Shown in pieces: positions 37,290-47,100 of a stretch of 63,715 nucleotides of DNA; position 1 is the first letter of the stretch, and each line of letters opens with the position of its first letter. The notes below the pieces were generated by a model, which was not told where the DNA came from, did no database searches, and saw nothing but the letters and a program-made list of their open reading frames with translations. The position numbers were made by a program, and so were the translations under genes. The stretch is from a virus. Its lineage: Duplodnaviria > Caudoviricetes. The stretch lies in IMG/VR virus record IMGVR_UViG_3300031949_000032, positions 1 to 63,715 of that record; one strand, given 5' to 3'.

Positions 37290-37622
37290 TTAATGGCGTA
37301 TAAATAAATAAATTACAATAGATAAGATATATAAAATCAAAACTAAATATTGTACATAGGTTTTAAAAATGAATGTCAATATAGCACTTAAAAACCAGCC
37401 GATAATTGCGCCTAATAAAACAATGTACCATTTTATAAAAAAGAATGAAGTGATGAAAATTGAAATTGCCGAAAGAAAACCAATTATACTTAAATAACCC
37501 GTTCCGTTGTTTACGAATAGTTTTCCAATTGGCCAACCTTTTTGATTTGCAAAACCTTCATAAGAAAACGATATTACTCCAGAAGTAAACACAATTAAAA
37601 AAACAATACTTAATACTATCAT
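37290..37622 (-). CDS. 4-TM membrane protein (moron)
   Basis: Four hydrophobic segments; GWPIG motif. Confidence 0.75.
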   Translation of the reverse strand: MIVLSIVFLIVFTSGVISFSYEGFANQKGWPIGKLFVNNGTGYLSIIGFLSAISIFITSFFFIKWYIVLLGAIIGWFLSAILTFIFKTYVQYLVLILYILSIVIYLFIRH

Positions 37623-37638
37623 AATGTTATTCTTTTTT

Positions 37639-37671
37639 CAAATATAATTAAATATAAATAACTATTGCAAA
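37639..37671 (-). promoter_or_regulatory. Promoter of the membrane-protein moron
   Basis: TTTG-N21-TATATTTG. Confidence 0.65.
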
Positions 37672-37694
37672 TTAAAAAAATAATTACGAAGTTT

Positions 37695-37872
37695 GTGGTG
37701 CAAGATCAACGGGTATTCACCACATCTAAAAAAGTATTTAGAACACTAAAAATAAAGCTGTGTTCCCGTTTCAGTACCTACCGTGAGGTGGATATTGTTG
37801 GTCTTGCAACCTTTGGGGACACAGCCCCATTTTACAAACTGTGTAATTTTTTACAAACGAATGCAAGACCAA
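37695..37872 (+). ncRNA. C4/CI-like antisense regulatory RNA with flanking targets
   Basis: Stem GCTGTGTTCCC/GGGGACACAGC (37757-37825) contains GTTGGTCTTGCA, complementary to TGCAAGATCAAC (37699) and TGCAAGACCAA (37862, over an ATG). Confidence 0.7.
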
Positions 37873-38073
37873 GTAAAAAATTACTCGAACGATAACCAGG
37901 TTATCAGTTTAAGTACGTCCACCCACGTAACGGGCATTTCAATTCAAACAATTCAAATAATCAAGAACGAGTTATTTAATGCACTTGCCGACCCGGAAGT
38001 TTTACCACTCTATAAGAGAAGAGTGAAATTAGCCATGTGTGAAATATCTTTTTTAAAAGGAGGTATATCATGA
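37861..38073 (+). CDS. Small protein upstream of the antirepressor (icd/kil-like position)
   Basis: ATG at 37861 lies in the antisense target; ATGA coupling to the BRO gene. Confidence 0.6.
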   Translation: MQDQVKNYSNDNQVISLSTSTHVTGISIQTIQIIKNELFNALADPEVLPLYKRRVKLAMCEISFLKGGIS

Positions 38074-39083
38074 ATACACTTGAGATTTTTCAATTCAATA
38101 GTTTGAATGTTCGTGTTTTTGTAAATGAAAACAGTGAGCCTGAGTTCTGCGCCACTGACGTAACTAAGATTTTAGGATACTCAAACGGCCCAGACGCAAT
38201 TAGTAAACATTGTAATTCAAAGGGTATAGCTAAACGCGATACCCTTACTTCTGGCGGCTTACAATCACTAACTTACATTTCAGAAGGTAACCTTTATCGT
38301 TTAATTCTTAAATCCGAGAAACCAGAAGCCGAACCATTTGAAACTTGGGTATGCGACGAAGTAATACCATCAATTCGTAAACATGGAGCTTATATGACTT
38401 CTAACGCATCTATTACACCCATGTCTACCTCAGAAATGCTTCTTAAGCAAGCTCAAATAAATGTAGAAATTGAGAAGAAGCAAAAAGAGTATGGTCTTAG
38501 AATTTCTCAAATAGAAGATGAAATTACCAGCATTAAATTACAGAATAATACCAGTTCGTTTATTCACAATATTGGTACCAATGACAATGAGAAACTTTAT
38601 TTACTACTTAGTTCTTTAAACGAAAATGCAAATAGCTTATCTCGTAAACTAGGAATTCATCCTACTAATTTATATCATATAATAAGTGGAAGAAATAAAC
38701 TTTCTGACAAAATGATCGAACGTATATCTTCAAGATTTAACGTAAGTCCTAATTGGTTAAAATTTGGAGTTGGTGATATGTTTATTGACAATATCCCTCA
38801 AGAAATTTATTTGCCGGTACCAGAAGAAAAGGTTCCGGAAATTACCCTTAGAGATAAAATAAGGTTATTGGTAAATAAGTATTCAAATGCAACTGGAACA
38901 TTTCAAAAAACTATTTGGGATAATGTTTATCAGACCTTGTATTATAACTATCACATATCTATTAAGAGTTACGTTAAAATAAGGAAAGATGAAACTTATT
39001 TGGAAGTAGCAGAGCGCAAAGAGCATCTTGATAAAATATATACAATTATTTCGAATATGGTAAGCCGTAAAATGACAGTATAA
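38070..39083 (+). CDS. BRO-N antirepressor with internal CI-like HTH
   Basis: BRO-N (FCATDVTKILGY...ISEGNLYRLILKS...WVCDEVIPSIRKHGAY); internal HTH similar to CI; C-terminal helical domain. Confidence 0.9.
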   Translation: MNTLEIFQFNSLNVRVFVNENSEPEFCATDVTKILGYSNGPDAISKHCNSKGIAKRDTLTSGGLQSLTYISEGNLYRLILKSEKPEAEPFETWVCDEVIPSIRKHGAYMTSNASITPMSTSEMLLKQAQINVEIEKKQKEYGLRISQIEDEITSIKLQNNTSSFIHNIGTNDNEKLYLLLSSLNENANSLSRKLGIHPTNLYHIISGRNKLSDKMIERISSRFNVSPNWLKFGVGDMFIDNIPQEIYLPVPEEKVPEITLRDKIRLLVNKYSNATGTFQKTIWDNVYQTLYYNYHISIKSYVKIRKDETYLEVAERKEHLDKIYTIISNMVSRKMTV

Positions 39084-39102
39084 TAAGTCAGTTTAATCGA
39101 AC

Positions 39103-39144
39103 AATAGGAAAAGCCCGAAATTAAACCTTCGGGCTTTTCCTATT
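39103..39144. terminator. Bidirectional intrinsic terminator
   Basis: AATAGGAAAAGCCCGAA...TTCGGGCTTTTCCTATT. Confidence 0.9.
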
Positions 39145-39217
39145 TATAAAAAAACCGGAAGCCCTCACAGGTATCCGGGTTAAACTAACTACTAATACTA
39201 ACTACTATTTTATAATA

Positions 39218-41194
39218 CTAAGCTGCCTGTCTTCCCATAGCCTGTTCCAACATTGCCATTGCTTTTGGGTCACCTTGCTGTGCTGCCTGTGATACTTCGG
39301 GTGGTATTCCAGATTGAGCCTGTTGTTTGGCGGCTTCTTCTTCCTGCCTTTTTAGCGATTCAAGCATAGTGTCTGCAAATGGAACATTCGAATTTTCAAG
39401 GTACATCTTAAGATTGATCCTTTCTGTATTCAAAAGGTTTGTTAATGTTTCTTCCATTGCCATCCTATAAATAGGAGTATCATTACCTGAAGATACTACA
39501 TTATCAAATGCCATATTTTTTACAGCTTCCGGGTCATAAAGTTTAGCTTCTTCTTTAAATGCCCTACCAGATATAGCCAAGTATCTTGGTTCATTGTAGA
39601 ACTGTTTAATAAGCTGAATCATTTTATAATCCCTATCCTTAATGAAGGATGCGAATGATTTCATATACCCTACATTGTTTGTAGATGCATTCTGAGCCTC
39701 CATTGCGTATCTGGATGCCGGTGTTCCGCTTCCGGCAGATTGTCCTTGTATTGCTCCCTGTACACCCGAAATATCGGTAAGGAGTTTAGAATACAATTGA
39801 ATCATTTCTTGCGCTCCAATATTTGTAGAGTTAACCGAAATTTGTTTTGGTAACTGGCCGTGAGCTTTTGGAGTATAAAAAATTACGCCATTAATTTCAG
39901 TCCATGATGCCGCGAATTCATCTGGAGACATTCCCTCCGGAACAATATCCTTTGGCACCATAAGTGTACCCTTGGCCGAAGAATTGATAATCATATCCAT
40001 AAGTATGATATATCTATTCAACTGTCTTTGAATATCAATAATATCGCTAACAAATCCCCAATTTTCACCGTCAATTAATGGGTATAAAAGAAATACATAA
40101 GGATGTTCCTGGTGTTCGTATGGAGTTTCACCTTCTTGTAAAACATATCCATTCGGAGTAAGGAATTTATAATACCAGAATTGTTCGTATACATCCTTTA
40201 ATTCAAGGAGCAATAAATCTTCTTCAGCAACTCCCTGGGATAAACCTTGGGATATTCTGTTTGCATTTATTTTATTTAATTCTGAACGTGAACGATTTGT
40301 TACAGTAATACTACCATCTGCATAATCGATAACTTCAATTCTCCATTCTCCTTTTAATTCCCACGCCTCAATAACCCGGCATTTAGTAAAATCATTAGGT
40401 ATAAGGAAATCTAAGTTATCAACTGATTCTGGTCTAAAACCGTACACTCTTGACAAATAATCAATATCCCTTACATTACCGTACCATTGGCGAATCTTTT
40501 CTTCATCTGCTTTATTTCTGGCAAAGTTTGAAATCAAATCTTTAATTGGCAGGTCGTGTATTTCTCCTATTAATCTTAAATCCCTATGCTGAATATCTGT
40601 AATATCAGAATTCATAAACATGCGCGAGATTGTTTTATTTTCAACAATTAGGTCATAACAATCACGTGTTCTATGGGGCCCAAACATAACCTTTTGAATA
40701 GGCATACCGGAAAGTAAAAATTCTACAAACGATGAAGCATCCCTTTCTTCTGTTTTATTTATTTGCTGGCCATACTGAAGAGCGTTTGTCATCATTTCGG
40801 TTGCCTTTTGCTTATCCCGGTCTCTGGACAATACAATTGTACTTGTTGGATTACCTCTATATTGCCCTTCCAGGTTCTTGACTAATTGGCGTACCTGATT
40901 TTGAACGAAAGGTATTTTACCTTGCTCTCTAATCAAATCTTCTTCTTTAATCATTTTACCCGTTTTTGGGTGCCGGATATACTCATCCCATTGACGGCCT
41001 CTATGGTAATTTCTTGCCCGTTTTCGTTCCTTCCTACTTTCTGCAAGGCTATCATAATATGAACGGCATTTCCATACCAATTCTGTATTCTCCCTGCTGA
41101 AATCTTCATGCAATCTTTTTTCTGGTACCGGTTTACTTTTAATACCCAGAGTTTGCTTATTGATCTTTTTGAAATTAATAGTTCCTTCTATCAT
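39218..41194 (-). CDS. Portal protein (P22-like)
   Basis: YHRGRQW, IPFVQNQVR, IIDIQRQLNR, DISGV...QG. Confidence 0.85.
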   Translation of the reverse strand: MIEGTINFKKINKQTLGIKSKPVPEKRLHEDFSRENTELVWKCRSYYDSLAESRKERKRARNYHRGRQWDEYIRHPKTGKMIKEEDLIREQGKIPFVQNQVRQLVKNLEGQYRGNPTSTIVLSRDRDKQKATEMMTNALQYGQQINKTEERDASSFVEFLLSGMPIQKVMFGPHRTRDCYDLIVENKTISRMFMNSDITDIQHRDLRLIGEIHDLPIKDLISNFARNKADEEKIRQWYGNVRDIDYLSRVYGFRPESVDNLDFLIPNDFTKCRVIEAWELKGEWRIEVIDYADGSITVTNRSRSELNKINANRISQGLSQGVAEEDLLLLELKDVYEQFWYYKFLTPNGYVLQEGETPYEHQEHPYVFLLYPLIDGENWGFVSDIIDIQRQLNRYIILMDMIINSSAKGTLMVPKDIVPEGMSPDEFAASWTEINGVIFYTPKAHGQLPKQISVNSTNIGAQEMIQLYSKLLTDISGVQGAIQGQSAGSGTPASRYAMEAQNASTNNVGYMKSFASFIKDRDYKMIQLIKQFYNEPRYLAISGRAFKEEAKLYDPEAVKNMAFDNVVSSGNDTPIYRMAMEETLTNLLNTERINLKMYLENSNVPFADTMLESLKRQEEEAAKQQAQSGIPPEVSQAAQQGDPKAMAMLEQAMGRQAA

Positions 41195-44100
41195 GGTTTG
41201 CTGTATTTGCTTACAATGTTTCTTTTAGTATTATTGATTATGTGTTCAATATTATCCTTTGCTAATTGTTTCTTTTTTCTTTCTTCGTAAGGCATACTTT
41301 CATCAATTATGATTGTATTTTTAATTTTATAGAGTTTGGATAATATTGATTCGGCAACTTTAACTTTATTGAACTTTGTTAAATCATTTTTTAACATCGC
41401 ATCAAGTACTTCATGGTAATTACCGGCATCCTTCTGGGCTTTATAACTATTATTATGATCTTTATACCAATTTGACAATTTACGGTATTCATCATCAACT
41501 CTACCTTTGTACTTATTTCTGTAAAATGAATTTATTATAGGAACGGTGGTAAAATCAAATCCTTCTGTAATGTCATCTATTTCTGCTTCCTTTTTAGCTT
41601 TTTCTGCTTTTGTTTCTATCATTTTACTCATAGTTGTAATAGCATCCAACACAAACGATGCAGGACCGGCTCCTAAATCTTTAGTTATATATTCTAAATC
41701 GGAAGGGTTAATATCCATAATATCCCACACTTTTTTTCCATCTTTTAAATCCATAATAGAACGTACTTTTGGATCACCACCACCCAATATAAATAAATTA
41801 TCGGTCAACGCTTTATACAATGGATTTACATTTCGTTTATGTAATTGAGAGTCCGGTATGTATTCTTTATCTTCAAATTTAGATGGCTCTCTATGTATAA
41901 GATCATTTTTATAATCTTTATTATCTACCCATACACTTATAATTGGTTCAAGTAATGTTGGAATTTTTGCTATAGAGGCAAGGTTAAAACCCTTATCATC
42001 TTTATTCCAAAAACTTGTAACATCAATAGGACTCATTGCATTCTGAAATTGGTCGATAAGATCGTATGTTGCCGTAGCCGCATCCGTTTTTTCATGCTGC
42101 AGGTCATAAACAATATTCCCAACTGCATAAAAAAACCTATGGCCTTGTGCAAGTGGTATCATTGTAAATTTATTACCAGGTGCAATAATTATATTATTAT
42201 ACCTATTATGCTTATTATGTTCTTTATAGTCCTTTTCTTTATCATCATCATCCCAAAGTAATCCATTTATCATAGACATTACATACCCTAAAGTTGCCAG
42301 ACTTAATTCAGCTATCCCAAATCTTAAAGTATGATGTTTAAACGAATGTCCATATCTCGCTCCACCCTGTACCGCTGCGTTAAAAAAACCTATTAATGAG
42401 CCAATAGCAGATGAAGCATTTCCTTTTCTATCAAAGTTTACTGATATTTCTTTTGCAATATTTATAGCTTGTACAACTGTTTTACCTTGTTCCCTTGCGG
42501 TTACATATGCCGCGAACCTGGTTAAATTTTCTGTGTATTGAGCCAAGGTATCTATATGTTCAAGTATTTTCATTGCTCCCTTATCGGCTCTGATTATTAA
42601 TTTACCAACTGCTAAGTATGGATGGGCTTTTGCATACACCTCTTGGTTTATTTTTTTAATATCTTTATCAAGGTTTCCTTTTATAGTATCAATATCTTCT
42701 AAATTTGTTGTTCCTGTGCGGCCTCCACCTGCAATAAATTCTTCTTGATATTTAAATAAATCAGACTTCGCTTTACCTTTTTTACCTTTAACCATAAAAG
42801 CCATTATATCTGCAACATTTTTAACATATAAAACGGTTGTTTTGGTATCGTTTTCAATCCACGTATTCATTATGGCCCCCTGTAAGTCTCGCGTTAAATT
42901 CTTTATTATCCAAGCAGGGTTTTTTGCTGTACGTAATGCGGATATACCTCTTGTAATCTTACTAACATTAAACCATTTCCATGACATCCATTTTGGAATA
43001 TCTATAAGTTCAGCCTTTTTTATTTCATTGGCCAATTTAGGGTCGCGGGTAACAACAATAAATTTCTCACCGTTCATCATTACCTCTAATTCATGTTGAT
43101 CGGCATTTTGTTTCGGGTTTCTTATCTCATGGTCGATACGAATTTTAGACTTTATTTCACGACCTTCACCGGTCAATTCAAGTGCAGAACCCAATAGTTT
43201 TAAATCCATGTTACCATCTTCGGTATATCCTTTAATTTCATAGATATTATCACCTTCTTTAATTACTTCAGTCCATGTGCCATCATCATTGCTAATGTAT
43301 AATGTTTTTTTCTGGTAGAATAAATCAGTACGATCAGGATTATCCCTTGTTAATCTTAAAGCGTGTTGTTTAACTCTATTTTTTTCACCCCATTTAATAA
43401 CAGACTGAGCCATCTGGTAAAGATTAGAGATTGGATCATCGGCAATAGACCTACGGCCTTTCATTTGCACCGTACCATTAAAGCTACCTTTGCCAGATTC
43501 TTTGTTATAATCCCATTCAATGTCTTCAGAGGTTGGCTCCCATCCGCGCAATGGAACATAATATTTCCATCCGCGATCCTTATTTGTATTATAGGTTTCT
43601 TGGTCAAACTTCCCATAAGTAACCCACATTTTTTGAATGTCATCGGCAGCTTTGCCCCATTTATTCCAAAATGAATCAATAACAGATTCCGGTATATCGC
43701 TTTCAAAATTCATAATGATAGTTTCGGCCTGAATATCCGTCATACCCGCGAACACTTTATCAGCTACTTCCTCTGTCTTTTTTTCTACAAGAAGTTTTAT
43801 TTCGTCCAGTTTTTCCTGAAAACCTTCTGGATCATTTACCTGTTCATCCGGGTTTAGCTTTGACATTAACCCTTGCTTATAAGCTTCAACTTCCTCAGCC
43901 CTTTTAGTTGCATTACGTTCGGGTGCATGTTTGGCTATCATGTAACGGGGAATACTATTCCTATCGAGTTTACTTACTTCATTGTTGTAAGTATCCTCAT
44001 CAATTTCACCTTTCTTGAATTTGGCTTCAAGCTCTACGTAAGCTTTCACATCTCTACTCTTACCTAACCTTACAAATTGTGCAATATGTTCTAGCGCTGG

Positions 44101-47100
44101 CCTAAATGAATCCTTTACATATTTTTCCCATCTGGCTTGTCCTTTACTGTTTTTTTGGTTATCTGCAAGGTACACATCGGATGAGTCTTTAATTTTCAAA
44201 CCAAATAAACTTTGTAGTTTTTTCCATGCAAACATATTATCCTGTCCAATTTCACGCTTAATGTCGCCTATTCCATCAAGCATTTTAGGCGGTTTACGAT
44301 CCAATAATTCAGGGATTAGTTCTCCTAATCTATCAAATGGGTCTGTTGGGTCAACTGGTGGTTCAGGAGGTGTATTTTTAAATAGGATGTTAGGGTTATT
44401 AATATCAAATGTTCCAATATTTCCGGTAGCAGATTTTAACTGTGTAGGGTCAAATACTGCAATATTGGTCATTCCTTGTTCGGTTACATAGAAAGAATCG
44501 TAACCAAGTTCTTTAATCTTGTCAATAACTGGTTGTTTCTCTATACCCCAAGGATCACCGTTACTAATACGTTCCTTAATTTTGTCTCGAACTCCAAGGG
44601 TATTTAGTAAGTCATTAAGTTGGGTTTTATTTCTATAATCGAAAGGGTTTTCTGCTTTTACAAAAACAGGCATTAAAGAACCTGAAGTTCCTTTTTCTGC
44701 ATCTGTTTTCATAAATCCACCTTGTACCCATTTTGGATCGGGGCCGGCAAATATTAATCCTTTACTGTTTGGCTTAAACGTGTCGAAATCATCATTAGTA
44801 GCATGGTACATACGAATAGGTTGACCATTATCATCAACGGCCTTACTTTCACCAAACCACTGCTTAAACTCAGGTGTTAATCCTCTTCCTGTGTCTGAAC
44901 CGGATATGTTTCCCGCATCTTTCTGAGAGCTTCCATCATGTTCATCCCTTCCAGACAATAGTCGTCCATCAGGTCTATTTCCTTTTTGGTAAGATGGAAA
45001 GTGAAATGTATCCCCGTTTTCTCGTCCACTATTCCCACTATTTGTTTCCGATCTTGATTCATTGTTAAATGTTTTATATGCAAATGTATTAATAATTTTA
45101 TCTATTTCTTCCGAAGAGAAAACTTCTTTATCCAAAATAGTAGATAGTTCGGATTCAGAATATATGTCATTTACATTTATTCTGCCGTCTTTAAGGTTTT
45201 TCTCAGCTTTATATGCCATGTATTCATTAGCCTGTAATAAATCACTCCGTGTATCATAAAATGACGGTATAACGCTGAATATTTCACCTTTTACATTATT
45301 GTAAATGTTTGATAAGAATTTAATTTTAATATTTGTAGGTAATTTAGCTACAATAGCATGTACATTTTCGTGTAATAAAATTTGGTCGGCAATTTCTTTA
45401 GAATGGGCATTTACAGAAAGTATATATATTTGTCCTACATCAGGTAAATAACAACCAGAAAAATCCTTATTTTCTTTAAGTGAATCAATATAATCTTGGC
45501 TTGTACCACCCAATGACTTATAATGGTCAATTACTTCATTTATTCCTTTACATACCTTAACGGGTGTGTCTCCTTTATTGATCGAATCTACATAGTCCTG
45601 TACTTCTTTTACACTATTTAGCCATTGTGTAGTATTGGGGTTTATGCCAGATTTAAACATAGGTTGTCCTTCAATTACACTGTCCTTCATAGATGGTGTA
45701 ATTTCAATAGTATGAACTGGGGTATTGTTTGATAATTCAACATCAGACACTTTGCCACCCCATTTTTTAGTATATTTATTTACCCAAGCTGGAAGTATTT
45801 GGTCATAGAAACCTTTCATACCTTCGCCACCAACTTTAAGTCCATCTCCTGTTATGTTTTTGTAGCCTGTTTTTTGCGCATCACCTTCGTTATTAAGTAT
45901 TTTATTAGCAATATCCTTTCCTACTGTATTCTCAATTTCTGACAGTGAAGCACTATCGTTTTCCCATAAAGTATCAGTATTTTCTTTATTATAAACTCCT
46001 ATGTCATAGGTATTATTATCGTTTTGCTTATAAGATATTCTTCCTACATGCTTACTCAAATTATACCTTTCAGCCTGAGTTTCACCGGTAGTCCAAGTAA
46101 CAACATCGAACCCGTTTTCGGCAGCATAACGTAAAGCCCATTTCATTCCAAGTCCTGCCCATTGGTCAGTTTTTTTGAAGGGCATGTCGGGAACACCATT
46201 AACTCCTTTTATAAGCAATTGTTCTTTATTATTTTCTTCTTCATTCATATCGTAACTCCATGAATGCCCATACTTTTCTTTCATCTCTTCACGAAAAGAC
46301 ACTAAAGCTTTACCGTCATTAGTTTTAAAACCTTCCTTTTTACCCTTCTGCGCCCAATCGCTCTGAACTTCTTCTAAATTCAGCGCACGTTTACCGTCCT
46401 TGGTAGTAAATTCATTTATGCGGATATGAACAGCAATGTTTAGTTCATCGAAGTGGGAGGAATTAAATTGTCCTTGAATCGAAAGTTCTGTTGTTGGGTT
46501 AATTGTACTTTTTGCACTTTCAATATCAGATTCACTTGGGAATGCACCGGATAATTGTTTATCATTAATAAAAAATGCCCATAGTCCTTTATTATTCTGC
46601 TTCCAAATTGGCTTTTTAGTTTCTTTTGCAGGTAATGTCAACAATACCTCTTTATAATTTTCTCCTCCGGGTATGGTGTATTGGGAATATTTAGTATTTC
46701 CTTCTTCTTTTTTGCCAACTTGGTAATTATCTGAGTCCGTTTCCATGTTTTGCTTAGCTTCGTATACATCATCGATAGCGTCAAAACCAGATTCTTCTTT
46801 TAAATCTTTCTCCTTTTCTTCTATACTTTCTCTTATAGAATTTTCCTTTTCATAAGGATATTCATTCATAGAAAGTTCGTTCCATAAAAATTCAATCTTA
46901 TTAAATCTTCTTTCGTATTCTTTTAATTGATCATATTTTTGTTGAGCTTCGTCCGTAAATTCGTTTAGTACATAATTTTCATTAACTATACTTTCTTTCA
47001 CGATCTCCTTAACTTCCACCTTATTCTCATCAATCCAATTCTGAATTTCTTCCTTGGTCAATGATTTTTTACCATTGGCGAATGAATCCCAATCCATCCA

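Noticed and set aside
37665-37895. 76-aa ORF over the antirepressor leader
   Set aside because: Starts at TTG within the promoter region and spans the structured RNA; the ATG at 37861 in another frame is better supported
43461-43706. Second nested same-strand ORF in the giant gene
   Set aside because: Non-ATG start, overlaps a well-conserved main-frame motif (YYVPLRGW), no convincing initiation region
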